Origin: Carcharhinus amblyrhynchos
Taxonomy: Eukaryota
NCBI GenBank assembly: GCA_965287045.1
Contig: OZ336897.1
Coordinates: forward strand, 25,482,001 to 25,546,000
DNA length: 64,000 nucleotides
Direction: 5' to 3'
In this document: positions 1 to 12,574 of the stretch, in pieces
Layout: each line of letters begins with the position of its first letter
Position numbering within the stretch: the stretch's first letter is position 1
The notes under the pieces: generated by a model
The model's database searches: none
What the model saw: the letters and a program-made list of their open reading frames with translations, nothing else
What the model was told of the DNA's origin: nothing
Made by a program: the position numbers and the translations under genes

Positions 1-487
1 TTGAGAAAAGTACAGAAATGCTATAGTATCTGCACTCTATTTTCACAATGCAAGCAGTGAGTTGCCTCTCCAATGACACTTACTCTGTTGCAATGATAAT
101 TGAAACATTTCTTGTCCAAATCTGCTGATGTCGCAGTCAGAGTTAAGAACTTATGTTTTGTTTTTAATGATGCAGGGATTCCTCACCATTTCCTCGAGCT
201 TGTATTATGAGCCAGGCTAAAAACTCCAAGGTGTTTTATGAAGTTAGCCGAGACCCTAAATTTTTACCTTTGAATTTGCCATGGGTGAGAATAAGATGTT
301 TCACTCCAGGCATGAGTAATGCTTCAAGCTGAGAACTTGCAACAATAGAAATTTCTTACTCCTACGCTAGAAATGTTCATTTTTCTATACCGTTGCTTTT
401 GCTCAGTTATATATTGTACCTTGTAATGATAATAGTTAATAGAGATTATTGTACAGTATGCACTGACATCACTTGTTGAAGGTTAAT

Positions 488-773
488 CACCATTTTCCTC
501 CTCCTTCCATTGGGAAAAAGATACAAAAGCCTAAGATCACATACCAACCGGCTCAAGAACAACTTCTTCCCTGCTGCCGTCAGTCTTTTGAATGGACTTA
601 CCTTTCCTTGATCTTTCTCTACACCGTAACTATGCTAGAACACTACATTCTGCACTCTCCCCTTTCCTTCTCCCCATGTACTGTATGAATGATACGCTTT
701 GTCTGCATATGCTCAAGTAACAATACTTTTCACTACATACCAATACATGTGACAATAATAAATCAAATCAAAA
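488..773 (+). mobile_element. Rex1/Babar-type LINE, 3' fragment
   Basis: Translates as LLPLGKRYKSLRSHTNRLKNNFFPAAVSLLNG, the typical C-terminal motif of Rex1/Babar ORF2. Ends in TGTGACAATAATAAATCAAATCAAA. A second copy lies at 3378-3853. Confidence 0.75.
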
Positions 774-1849
774 CCACCCTGACTTAGACATGGAAACTTT
801 CTCGCAGATATAAAAAATCTTTAATAAATCTCCCACCAGAGGCAGGACCTGAAAAAAGCCCCAACCCCTCTATCCCACCACCATCTGGAAGATTCAGCCT
901 CAAGTTCCTAGAGTGGATCTTTAACCCACAAGCTAGTGACTCAGGGGCAGGAGTACCAGAGCAAAGCAATATAATGATATATTTTGTCCTTTGTCTATAC
1001 TTCTATAAACACCTTGATTATATCCATACTTGGAAGGATATCCAATAGCATGTGTCCTATGAATTAAACTAGATTAGGTACTGGCAACCACACTAAAAGC
1101 TAAGTGTGTTGTAAATGTGCCCATGTATTATGATTTTTAAAAAGGCTCACCCAGAATGTTCTAATGGAAGTAACCACAGAATTTTAATGAGACCCATAAC
1201 TTTACCCTCCTATGGAATAAGAAAAGCTGCCAAATAAAACTGTTTTCCTGGTGGCACCTAGATGCATCTTACTAGCTCCCTCCCATGTGAGCAAAATAGG
1301 CTGTCCAGCTACACGAATTTCATTTTTTTTTAATCATCCATTTTTTAATATGATTAGCAGTGATAAGGGTGAATAAATGCACCACTCTGCATAGAACTCT
1401 ACATTTGACTGTTCCACGATCAGCTACCAGCTGTGTCTTTTAATGATTGTCGCCGTAAAATACCATCGGAAGCCATGCCAGAAAATTTAAATGCTGCCTT
1501 TCATCTGGGTGAGATGTTAGTGCAGATTTGATAGTAGCTGGAATCTTAAAAACATGAAAATAGATAAATTCTAACTTGTGTTAGCCTGACGCTTTCATTT
1601 TCACATGCTTACTTAGCCCAGGGTTAACGTTGCAGAGAGATTCATTTCCACGTCTTTGCATAATGGTACCTGGCAACATACAACCAAGAGCAAGAAACAG
1701 AGATGTGATCACAACCTTTCAAATAACCATAAGAATCAAAGCTGTTATTCTTTCAGAGGCAGCGACATTTTCAGTTCATTTTTCTGCTTTGATATAAGAC
1801 ACTTGAATTGGAAAACTGTATGCAAATCAGAGAGTGCTTCCTTCATCAG

Positions 1850-2147
1850 TGGCACGGTGGTTAGCACCGCTGCCTCACAACACTAGGGACCTAGGTTCAA
1901 TTCCTGTCTGTGTAGACTTTGCATATTCTCCCCATATCTGTCTGGGCTTCCTCCGGGTGCTCTAGTTTCCTCCCACAGCCCAAAGATGTGCAGGTTAGAT
2001 GGATTGGCGATGCTAAATTTCCCCTTAGTATCAGAGAGATTAACATATGACTATGTGGGATCATGGGGATGGGTGGGATTGTTGTCAGTGCAGACTCGAT
2101 GGGCTGAATGACCTCCTTCTGCACGGTAAGGGTTCTATGATTCTATA
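1850..2147 (+). mobile_element. tRNA-derived V-SINE (HE1-like) with CR1-type tail
   Basis: A-box-like GTGGTTAGCACCG, B-box-like GGTTCAATTCC, V-domain core (CCTCCGGGTGCTCTAGTTTCCTCCCACAG...GGATTGGCGATGCTAAATT), and tail GATGGGCTGAATGACCTCC...TTCTATGATTCTAT resembling CR1 3' ends. Confidence 0.85.
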
Positions 2148-2640
2148 ATTTTGGCTTGGGAATGATGCTGTATTGATCAAAGGGTTAAATAGTCTACAAT
2201 TAGAGGAAGATCTAAAATGTTGCTAGTTAGGTGCAATATCCATTTGTAATATAAATATAAACTCAGTTATTGCCAACTTACATTCTTCTAAACATTTCCC
2301 TTGACACCATTGGGACATTCCGTCGCTGTCAATAAAGGTTCACACATGCAGATAAGATGAACTACTTTAATGATTCTTGCAAGTTTGCAATAACAAGGTT
2401 TGACTGCGCGTAATTAAAAGAATTGAGTGCATCTTCATTAACGTACATTTTGCAATTCTGTGGCAATAATTGACATGAAATCTATTTGAAATCATACCTA
2501 CTACATCTAAAAGAAATTTCAGCAACGCCCCTCATTTACCCATCATTTCAGAAGATTTTTTAAGAAAAGTCCAAATAAGGCAGATGTCACATAAACAATT
2601 ATACTACTTGCTCATTAAACATTGCCTACTTTTATATCAT

Positions 2641-2951
2641 AAAGTTCAAAGTTTATTTATTAGTGTCACAAGTAGGTTTATATTAACACTGCAATGAAGT
2701 TACTGTGAAAACCCCCCAGTCGCCACACTCCAGCACGTGTTTGGGTACATTGAGGGAGAATTTAGCATGGCCAATCCACCTAATCAGCATGTCTTTCAGA
2801 CACTGGGGGGAAACCAGAGCACCCGGAGGAAACCCATGCAGACACAGGAGAACGTGCAGACTCCAAACAAACAGTGACTCAAGCTGGGAATCAAACGTGG
2901 GTCCCTGGCACTGTGAGGCAGCAGTGCTACCCACTGTGCTATCATGCCGCC
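2641..2951 (-). mobile_element. tRNA-derived V-SINE, alternative-tail subfamily
   Basis: Same head and V core as 1850-2147, on the minus strand. The 3' tail differs: TTTTCACAGTAACTTCATTGCAGTGTTAAT...TACTTGTGACACTAATAAATAAACTTT. Confidence 0.85.
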
Positions 2952-3377
2952 ACTAACTAAAGAGGGTTACATGTTTTCATGCTGAATCTGTTGGGTCTCT
3001 GATTGTTTCATATAGTTGCTTTCTTCTGACCCAAACAGAGATGCAACAAAAAAAGTTTCTGCAGAAAATAGCCAGTGATATTTGCATTGTGAATATTCAA
3101 TAATGAAGTATAAAATATGATGTGTAACATATGATGCATAAAATTGTTATGTTCGATCTGTATGGCAGGGTCCTGTCAATTATAATTCATCTTCTCATTC
3201 AATGTGGAATTGTATTTTGGAAACCTCTGCCAAAGAACACATTGTAGTTGAATAAAAGGTCTGAATCTTTTGAGGCATGGCAATCACAATTGGGGTTGCC
3301 ATTCCATTTCTTAAGTTTCAGTTGCATGATTTCCCTCGCATCTATGGCTGTGTCTTCCGATCCCAGCTTGTTCAAGT

Positions 3378-3533
3378 ATCCACAAAGGGCTGTGAAGGAC
3401 CCCAGCCCATCACTCAAACCAGCCTCCCATCCATTGACTCTGTCTACATTTCCCTGCTGCCTCGGAAAAGCAGCCAGTATTATCAAGGACACCAGACCCC
3501 CGCCTCCAAACCCCCCCACCACCCCCCCCCCCC

Positions 3534-3574
<41 letters not shown>

Positions 3575-3853
3575 CATACTCTCTTCCACCTTCTTCCATC
3601 AGGAAAAAGATACAAAAGTTTAAGGTCACGTATCACCTGACTCAAGAACAGTCTCTTCCCTGTTACCATCAGAGTTTTGAATGGATCTACCTCACACTAA
3701 GTTGACCTTTCCATACACCCTAGCTATGACTCTAACACTACATTCTGCACTCTCTTTTTCTCTATGAACGGTATTCCTGGTCTTTATGGCATGCGAGAAA
3801 CAGTACTTTTCACTGTATACTAAAAATGTGACAATAATAAATCAGATCAAAAA
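3378..3853 (+). mobile_element. Rex1/Babar-type LINE, 3' fragment with internal poly-C/(CA)n expansion
   Basis: Reading frames give ITQTSLPSIDSVY, CLGKAASIIKD and HTLFHLLPSGKRYKSLRSR. The 3' end matches 488-773. (CA)n at ~3538-3570. Confidence 0.8.
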
Positions 3854-3856
3854 ATA

Positions 3857-3941
3857 CCTTCTCATGAGCAACTGGGGATGGGCAATAGATGCTGGTCTAA
3901 CCAATGATACCCCCATTCCATGAACAACTAAATTAAAAAAA
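3857..3941 (+). mobile_element. Short LINE/SINE 3' tail fragment (CR1/L2 group)
   Basis: CCTTCTCATGAGCAACTGGGGATGGGCAATAGATGCTGGTCTAACC...CCATGAACAAC plus A-rich end. Similar to 11847-11925. Confidence 0.6.
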
Positions 3942-3989
3942 TAGAGAAACTATGCCCACTTGTTATGGTACTAGTTGTTGGATTCTGGT

Positions 3990-5222
3990 CAATGTTCAAA
4001 AACACATCAAATAGCCTTGGGGCATTTAAACAGCTTTTCAGTGTGCTCGTCAGTTAATGCAGGAGTGAATTGATGAATGAATGGGTGAATGTGTAGGTAT
4101 TTAAGTAGGCATGTTGGGCGAGGTAAGTTTTGTGGATGAGGTCATTTGAGTATGGTTATAGGTGGAGAGGCTAGCAGTTAGATAGGGTGGTACCTGGGTA
4201 GGGTGGGGGGGTTGGTGGTTTGGAGTATTCAGATTATATTGGGAGGAGATGTCAGATTGAGACTAATCAGGTCTTGTTGGATGGAAAGTTTGCAGTCAGA
4301 GGAGTGTAGGCTGGTGAGGGCTAGTCAGGTGGATTTGAGGGTGAGTCGGGTGGTCTTGGGGTGAGTCAGAGCTCTTAGTTACCTAGGAATTAGAATAGGA
4401 ATTTTCTGTCAACATTTTCTGGGTAACTACTTAGGTAAGCATGTTGGAGCTGTCTGAGCTCTCTAACTTTAATTTGGAGTCGCAAATTTACCATTTTCTT
4501 GCAGAATGTTGCAGGGGATAAGAAAAGTGTCATTGAAGCCCCAGTAGTGGTTTTTCTGCCTAAAGTTAGAGAGATAGCAAAAAAAATTGGAAGGGGTGGG
4601 TTCCACAAATTCACATTGGTGAATCAGACTCTTAATGAACATTGGGCTACATTTTGAAGAACACACAATAGTTAAAAACAATGTATATTCTGTCTCCCAT
4701 GCCCTCACACAATGCCCCACCCTGCACTGTCCTTAGCATGTGCAAGGGAGCAGTGCCCAGCTGTGACCTTCTCCCCTCCTAAGCATTGCACACACCTGAG
4801 CTCCTCTGGCAGGTTAGCCTGCCAGATGTGCACCATGGAGGACCAGTCATAGTTCACACGGCATAGCCTCCTGGTGTAGATCATTAACTCAAATTTATAA
4901 TAATAAAGTTGCAGATATTGAATTTCAGGATTCCTGTTCGATCACTGACAGGGGCAGGAACAACCACGATGAGGCTTCCCATTGACATAAAACACGATTT
5001 GGGCTTCTCGTGAGATATTCCAGCCCCATCACCAAACTTGCCAGAGAAGGATGTGAGTGAAAAATCCCGCCCGGTGACTTTTTCAGAGGGCTCCTGGGAG
5101 CAGGGGAACGTCAATTAGAAGTTCAAACTTCCCAAGTACTTCCTGCAGAGTCATTGCGTGGAGACTTCTGCTGGGTCCCAAAGAACATCATGGTGGGTAT
5201 AGTCCAGACACTGGAAGATCTG
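3990..5222. repeat. Unclassified interspersed repeat, copy A (interrupted by an insertion at ~4478-5072)
   Basis: 4376-4480 aligns by eye with 13196-13300, and 5078-5220 aligns with 13308-13440. Both copies are preceded by GGGT-rich tracts. Confidence 0.65.
4478..5072. mobile_element. MITE-like insertion nested in repeat copy A
   Basis: Absent from copy B. Right end GAAAAATCCCGCCC; degenerate left end GTCGCAAATTTACC. No coding capacity. Confidence 0.45.
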
Positions 5223-5244
5223 TTCGCTGAAACCTCTTTATTAT

Positions 5245-5608
5245 GAATTTTAATTCTATTGATTTAAAAATTCTCATGTTCATATCCTGCCATGACTTTG
5301 TCCTTCCATATCTCTGTATTCTCCCCAAGCTTCTGAAAGTTCTGTGTTCCTTAACCCTGATCTCTTTTCCATTCCTAACCTTTTCTCATATTGCCATTCC
5401 TGTCTAAGGCTTCAGCCATCTGGGCACAAAGCTCTGGAATTCCTCCATCAGCCTCCTCGCGATTCCCAACTCTCCTCTGCTTCCGGAGTTTTTTTAAAAC
5501 TTACCTCTTTGACCAAGCTCTTCCATCTTTGGCTTGAGATAAGGTATTGCCAAGCAGCACTCCTGTGAACTTCCTTGGCTTGTTATACTACTTTAAAGGT
5601 GCTATATC
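5245..5608 (+). mobile_element. L2-clade LINE, 3' fragment
   Basis: Degenerate FSHLGTKLWNS...LKTYLFDQA motif and terminal TTAAAGGTGCTATAT. Similar to 16990-17223. Confidence 0.65.
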
Positions 5609-5936
5609 GAATCATAGAATCCTACAGTATAGAGGGAGGCCATTTGGCCCATCGAGCCTACAATGTCAGCAATCCCACCCAGGCCCTATCCTCGTAACCC
5701 ACCTATTTACCCTGCTAATCCCCCCGGCACTAAGGGGAAATTTAGCATGGGCAATCAGCCTAACTGTACATCTTTAGATCGTGGAAAGAAACTGGAGCAC
5801 CCGGAGGAAACCCACACAGACAGTGTGGGCAGGGGGGTGGTGGGGGGGGCAGTGGAATATGCCAACTCCACACAGACAGCCACCCAAGGCCACAATCAAA
5901 CCCGGGTCCCTGGTGCTATGAGGCAGCAGTGCTAAT
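5609..5936 (-). mobile_element. V-SINE (HE1-like) with CR1-type tail
   Basis: Reverse complement of the 1850-2147 family (GAATCATAGAATC tail; GGAGCACCCGGAGGAAACCCAC core). Abuts the L2 tail. Confidence 0.85.
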
Positions 5937-5949
5937 ATTACAAGTGAAA

Positions 5950-6153
5950 ATGTATAAATGCCTGGAACGTGCTGACAGAGGAGGTGCTGAAAGCAGATTC
6001 TATAACAACATTCAAGAGGCATCTGATTGATTCATAAACAAGCAGGGAATAGAGGGGTATGTAGAGGCAAGAAAGTATTAGATTAGAAAGGCATCTGTGT
6101 CGGTACAGATTTGGTGGGCTGGAAGAGCCTGTTCCTGTGTTGCACTGTTCTTT
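5950..6153 (+). mobile_element. CR1 LINE, 3' fragment
   Basis: NAWNVLTEEVLKADSITTFKRHL matches the ORF2 C-terminus of the 8340-9122 element. Tail GTGGGCTGGAAGAGCCTGTTCCTGTGTTG. Confidence 0.75.
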
Positions 6154-6982
6154 ATATATTGATAAGAAGAAAAATAGATATTAAAAACCAAAGAGTTAAA
6201 AATTATAACATCTGCTGAACAAAATAAAAGAAAAAATTTGGCAATAAATGCTTTGCTGTATGCAATCAGCACACAGACCCAATGACTTGTTGCATGATGG
6301 CCAAAATTCTTGTAATGGATCAGGAACTTTGAAATGTAACTGTTATCCACATCCAGGTCACTAACCCCAGGCCAATGAACTGAATGATTCACCCTGTGTA
6401 GTTAACTGCCACACATCATCCACTGCCTTGACAATTGAGTCGATATCAAATGCCAACTAGCATGAAAGTCAAGGGTTCAGATACATGGTAGCGTGCTCAA
6501 GACTGCTCCCAAAGAGTTCTATGTGATTATTGCAGCCAGAACGAACTGGCAATGGCTCATAACATGATTACCAATCTGATCTGAATTCATGAACAAGGGG
6601 GATACCTAACTTTACACTGGGCCAGCATTATCAAGAGCGTGGGAGAGAGGGATTGATTGGCACATGCACAGTGGAAAATCAGTATTAGTTAAATGGATGG
6701 AACATGAGATGGTCAATGGGGGAGAGAGCAATGTCAAGGAAGATATCATTGTCTAACTTGACTAAGATCAGCTGTTCTTTTCAGTTCTAACCAGCTATCA
6801 TAAGCTTATATTACATTTCTCATCGTTGACATTCTTGTTACATTTCCTTTGTTGCACCAGTGCAAAATAATTCGTGTTGCGCAATCCAGTGAAACCAATC
6901 ACAGCATAAAACATAAACTCTATGTAGAAATGAGGCCAGGAAACACTTCACGCTACATAAGCACTGAGGGCAGCAAACAACA

Positions 6983-7531
6983 TTGGATTGGATTTTCCCT
7001 TCAGGGGAAACAGTCACTAATGGGGATTTTCATTGGGGATGGCCCTGTAATTGGCATGGAGACAGATTCTCTGACCAACAGAAAGTGAGGGATGTAGCCT
7101 TGAAGCTGGCTGGCAAATCAGAGGCCTTTGAGCTTGATATTAGCTGCAAGTTGTAAAGGAAGGTAAGCAAATGGAACTTTTTTTTTCTCATCTTTAATTA
7201 CAAATTAGGTTCAGTCACCACACCACTGCTGTTGTGGGGTGGCAGGTGGGAGGATGTTGCTAAAAGGGGCAAAAGGAGGGGAGAGTCTGAGGGTGTGGGA
7301 GGAGATCCCTGCAGAGGATGATCTCTACGCAGATCTTGCAGGCTTCTAGGCCTGCCTTGGAGTGCTGATCCCATCCCTTGTTGCATCCCATCCCAGTCAG
7401 CTGATGGGTATCTGCATCCATGCACTAAACAAGCCTCTCCCTGAATGGGAGAAACTAAAGGCAGATTGGGAAATCCCAATTGACCTCCTGCCTCCAAACC
7501 CATCCCAAAACTGAACCAAAAATCCTACCCA
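6983..7531. mobile_element. Possible degenerate MITE
   Basis: Imperfect terminal inverted repeats TGGATTGGATTTTC ... AAAAATCCTACCCA. The right end resembles that of 4478-5072. Confidence 0.35.
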
Positions 7532-7606
7532 TTCATGTGCAAGAGTCATATGTTGCTGACAGCACCCAGCATTCTTATTTAACATCTTTGGGAAGAAATA
7601 CATATC

Positions 7607-7928
7607 TCATAGAATCATGCAATGCAAAAGGAGACCATTCAGCCCATCAAGTCTGAAGAGACAATACCACCCAGGCCCTATCCCCACAACCCCATGCACT
7701 TACCTCAGCTAGCTCCCCTGACACTAAGGGGAAATTTAGCATGGCCAATCCACCTAATCCACACATCTTTGGACTGCGGGAGGAAAGCAGAGCACTTGGA
7801 GGAAACCCACGGGGAGACACAGGGAGAATGTGCAGATTCTACATCGACAGTGACCCTGAGCCGGGAATCGAAATCGGCTCCCTGGCACTGTGAGGAAGCA
7901 GTGTTAACCACTGTGCCACTGTGCCATC
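7607..7928 (-). mobile_element. V-SINE (HE1-like) with CR1-type tail
   Basis: Full head-core-tail match to 5609-5936 and 1850-2147. Confidence 0.85.
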
Positions 7929-8252
7929 CCAATTCTCCTTGGAAGAATTCGGAATTAGGTGTATCTGACAGCAACTGTAGTTTGTGCTCAACTCTAGACC
8001 TCTGGAAGCATCTTAAAAGTGGGAAAGAAAGCATCAAAAGAGTCGTCCTTGAGACTGAAAAGAATTCAGGCAGCCACCTTTTATTTGTTTGATGCACACA
8101 ATGCAACAGTATCATTTATGTCCAAACATAGCAGTATATCATGAAAATGCAATTGTGTTGGTTGTGCATGACCTCCTCCCTAGAAAAATACCAAAATTCT
8201 GGCTCTCCCCTCTCCTCGCCAAGAGTAACAAATCTTGACACATAAATGGAGT

Positions 8253-9122
8253 ACATAGAACATAGAACATTACAGCGCAGAACAGGCCCTTTGGCCCACG
8301 ATGTTGCGCTGACCAGTTAAAAAACAATGACCCTCTAACCTAAACCAAACCCTTTCCATCCAAAAACCTATCCACGGATCTCTTAAACGCCCCCAAACTA
8401 GGCGCATCCACAACTGCAGCAGGCAGGGCATTCCAATCCCTCACCACCCTCTGGGTAAAGAACCTACCCCTGACATCCGTCCTATAACTACCACCCCTTA
8501 ATTTAAAGCTATGCCCCCTCGTGCTAGCTTTCTCCATCCGAGGAAAAAGGCTATCACTGTCCACCCTATCCAAACCTCTGATCATCTTATATGTTTCAAT
8601 AAGGTCCCCTCGCAGCCGCCTTCTTTCTAAGGAAAACAACCTCAAATCCCTCAGTCTCTCCTCATAGGACCTCCCCTCCATACCAGGCAACATCCTGGTA
8701 AACCTCCTCTGCACCCTCTCCAAAGCCTCCATATCCTTCCTATAATGTGGGGACCAGAACTGCACACAATACTCCAAGTGCGGCCGCACCAGAGTTTTGT
8801 ACAGTTGCAACATGATGCTGCGGCTCTTAAATTCAATCCCCCTACCAATAAACGCCAAGACACCGTATGCCTTCCTAACAACCCTATCTACTTGATTCCC
8901 AACTTTCAGGGATCTATGTACACATACACCTAGATCCCTCTGTTCATCCACACTATTCAGAGTCCTACCGTTAGCCCTATACTCTACACAACCATTATTC
9001 CTACCAAAGTGAATTACCTCACACTTTTCCGCATTAAACTCCATCCGCCACCTCTCGGCCCAGCTCTGCAACTTGACCAAGTCTCCCTGTAGACTAAGAC
9101 ACCCTTCCTCACTATCTACCAT
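8253..9122 (-). mobile_element. 5'-truncated CR1 LINE (HER1-like) with uninterrupted ORF2 C-terminal segment
   Basis: 260 codons without a stop, containing WRMEFNAEKCEVIHFG, QRDLGV, LYKTLVRPHLEYCVQFWSP, LERRRLRGDLIETYK and FFTQRVVRDWNALP. Ends in (TTCTATG)n terminal repeats. Confidence 0.95.
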
Positions 9123-9821
9123 ACCTCTGACTTTGCCTTGTCATGAAGTGAATAAGTCAGATGATACTGAAAAAAAACTACCCCTATTAAACTTTACAAT
9201 AGTTTAAAAGTGCACAACTGTGTGCAATAAGAGACCACTGCCACAAATTTGACCTTCATGGATTCAGGTTAAAATCTCTATCCCTGATTTAACTCAACTG
9301 GTGGCTGAATGGATATACTTACTTTTCACGTGGACCATTTTCACTGCAGGAGTGCATGTAAGTTCCTTGAGTTCACTGTTCCTTCCCATTTTCCCTTTAG
9401 ACCCCTGCACCTTTCCTTCATTTGAAAAGCTTTGCAAACAGTCACAGGTGTTATTGTATGCAGGAACTTGAGTTTGATCTCAAGTCATACTGTTTTGTGA
9501 TTTAATATGTTGGCAGATTGGCCCACTGTGCATCAACAGATGTAATGGGGATTATTAAAGGAATCCAAGTTTTGTTGCATACTGCACAGTACATGTCTAT
9601 TATCCATCAGTCCTTAGGTCCCTAGCTGCTCATTATTAAACTGGCATTGAAATTCTACTTGACTTCAGCACATAAATTATTGGCTGTTCTAATTACCAAG
9701 GAATTCAAAGTGCTTTAACAATATTCCTGTTTTCTAATTGATTTAATTTTGCTTTCTCTTTAGTGTAGTTTTTAAATGCCTTATATTCATGATGCTATAT
9801 TGAATATCTTTTATTATTTAA

Positions 9822-10110
9822 GTGAGTGGCATAGTGGTTAGCACTGCTGCCTCACAGCACCAGGGTTGCAGATTCGAATCCCGGTTTAGGTCACTGTCTG
9901 CATGTGGGTTTCTTCTGAGTGCTCCAGTTTTCTCCCACAGTCTGAAAGATGTGCTGGTTAGGTGTATTAGCTAAATTCTCTCTCAGTGTACCTGAACAGA
10001 TGCTGGAGTGCAGCGACTAGGGGATTTTCACAGTAACTTCATTGCAGTGTTAATTTAAGCCTACTTACACTAATAAATTAGTAACACTAATAAATAAGCT
10101 TTAAACTTTA
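9822..10110 (+). mobile_element. V-SINE, alternative-tail subfamily
   Basis: GTGGTTAGCACTGCTGCCTCACAGC head and V core. Tail GGATTTTCACAGTAACTTCATTGCAGTGTTAAT as in 2641-2951. Confidence 0.85.
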
Positions 10111-10189
10111 ACTATCCATGAAAATAGAGCCCAAGGTTACCACAATATACTTTCCAATGAGAAAGTTGGTCTAAATCATTTGTAACAAC

Positions 10190-10760
10190 CCAACACTTCC
10201 CTCATTGCAGCCTTTAGTTATTTCTTGAATAATTCCAGCACCTTTTCCAGAAGTTTGCTTAAAGTGTTGCCCACTCTCTGTGTCAACAAGAATCTCCCGT
10301 TTCATTTTGTTACTTTGAGTTTACATGCCTTTACTATCAAGTAGTATTCTGGATTAACCTTTTCCATACTATTTATTATCTGACTTACCTCTACAAGATC
10401 AGCATTCAGTTGCCACTCCTGCAGGCTAAAGATTCCAGTACTCTCCAGTCTTTTCTCAGAATGCAGATCCCAATTGTGGGGATTATTTTGTTGATATTCT
10501 GTGCATCACCTCCAGTGCTTGAGTCTCAGAAACCAAGACTACTCACAGTTGATCTGCTCAGAACCTATACAGATTGACCATCATTTCCTTTGATTTGTAA
10601 TTCAGTATTTTGGGTTATGAAGCAGATGCTGCTTTTCATTGACTGGGCACATGTTTAGTGTAAAGCCTTTTCTGGTCTTAATCTATTTCATCTTTAGCTA
10701 TTTCTGCACCATTCATGAGGTATGCATGTTGACCATTTTCCCTTTCTATGTGCCTTACCT
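10190..10760 (-). mobile_element. Old degenerate CR1-like LINE fragment
   Basis: CTGTGCATCACCTCCAGTGC...AAACCAAGACTACTCACAGT resembles CTCTGCACCCTCTCCAAAGC...GACCAGAACTGCACACAAT of the 8253-9122 element. Boundaries are approximate. Confidence 0.45.
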
Positions 10761-10814
10761 CATGTCTATCTGATAGAGCATGAAAACAATGGAAATGGAG
10801 TTAGCTCACATACT

Positions 10815-11338
10815 GTGGATTTTTAATTCCACACTTTACAAATTGAGACCCCAATGTGTTCCCCACCCAGAAGCAAGCCTGATTAGCAAGCTTGATGTTC
10901 AATCAGGCTGGGAGAACTTCCAAAGAGACTGGAGGATTAGCTCGGCCCAAACCTGAAGTGGGGTTCAATCACCAACTGAGGGAGGAGTGGGTCTGATTCT
11001 TCATATCCAGTGTAGGGAAAAGCAGAGCTTGTATGGGGGATGGCACACCTGCTCTGGATGATAAGGAATGTGTTAGAAGTATTTGCCTTCCTCTTGAGGC
11101 TGTCAAGTTTCATGGTTGTGTGTGGTTAAGTCTGCAAAGCTGGTTAAATCTGAAGTTTTCAGGTTCCTGAATATATTTATAATGCCAACCCACCTCCTGA
11201 GAACGGGAGGCCTGTCCAATGTCCTGCCTCAGTAAAAACTAGACGTGCATGGTTTAGAACCAGCTCCTAGGCGTGCTCAGACTTTTTGTTAACTCTCTAC
11301 CCTTGTTCAGTCCTACTCACCCATGTTAAAATTCTCCA
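10815..11338. mobile_element. Possible degenerate MITE
   Basis: GC-richer block bounded by imperfect inverted termini TGGATTTTTAA ... TTAAAATTCTCCA. Confidence 0.3.
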
Positions 11339-11699
11339 GATACTTCATTCCTGTGCTACCAATCCTACCACTGAAAGTAATCGTGTGATGTGGCTACACT
11401 CAATTCAAAATACATACATCCAAAAATAGGGAATTTTCCTTCTGGCTAGTCTTATAATCCACAGTCTTTCCTATGAATTGATGATATTTTATATGAATTT
11501 TTATAAGAAGTGGACTTTATCAGAAGGGCATAAGGAGTAGATGTGTATATCAATCTCACCACGTATTTTATTTAAGCTGAATATATTTTGCAATTATGTA
11601 AAATCATGTGAAAATCGTCTTTCTAATCCAGTCATTTTCTCCTTTTTTGAGCAGACCTACCATGACAGACATGAGACAGATGAATATACCAGTCACAAA

Positions 11700-11925
11700 C
11701 CACGCCAACTTAGAAACATATCCTTTCCACCGTTCCTGGCCGTTTCTTCACTGTTGCTGGGTCAAAATCCTAGAATGCCCTCTGTACCAGCGCTGTGGAT
11801 GCACCTACACCACATGGACTGTCGTGGTTCAAAAAAATGGGTTACCGTCTTCTCAAGACCTGTTAGGGATAGGCTATAAATGCTGGCCTTGCCTGTGACT
11901 CCCACGTCAGGAGAAGGAATAAGAG
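11700..11925 (+). mobile_element. LINE 3' fragment (CR1/L2 group)
   Basis: FFTVAGSKS*NAL-type terminal motif, followed by tail TAGGGATAGGCTATAAATGCTGGCCTTGCC...CCCACGTC shared with 3857-3941. Confidence 0.65.
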
Positions 11926-12574
11926 AAAACACTGGTGATACAATAGCTTTAATTAAATGTGTACAATGGCTCATGGAAAAGGATAATTGCAACTTGCACA
12001 TGTGTATGTGTGCCATTGATATCTGTAATTTGCTGAAATATAATTTTTAATCTTCCACCATTTATGCAGCAAAAAGTAATCTTTCGGAGCCAGCTCAGTG
12101 GTCTTGATAACAGAGGATTTCTTACATCACAAAATTGAAAGATTGACCTTCCTTCTGGCATCTAAAATTGAGTAAAAGAAAACCCATCTCTGACTAAGTT
12201 TGAGAGTTGATGTCAAAATTCAATCTGGAAAGCGCATAGGAAAGAATTTGTGAGCTGCCTTGAATCCTGTATAAAAAAAAATGCAATGAGTAAATATTTT
12301 AAATTAATTTATTCTTTTGGGGGAAAAGGGAAAGCTAATATTGCAGCATAACTCAAATGTAACAAGCACCATTGAGAATGGTCATAGCAATGTGATGCAA
12401 ATACTCTCTGACCCATATCTTCCAATCAAGATCAGAGCCCCCTATTTCTGACACTGAAAATGCACAAGTACCTGCCTCCAATTGTTCTAGGCAATCTTCC
12501 AGTGGGAGATCCTTCACATTCCTCCCAGCGCGGCCAAACTTGTAGAAAGCATTGCAGAGAAGCCATGATATCCT

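Noticed and set aside
1850-1915. tRNA-like A/B boxes (also at 2951, 7928 and 9822)
   Set aside because: These are SINE heads. There is no full cloverleaf, and they continue into the V-SINE core.
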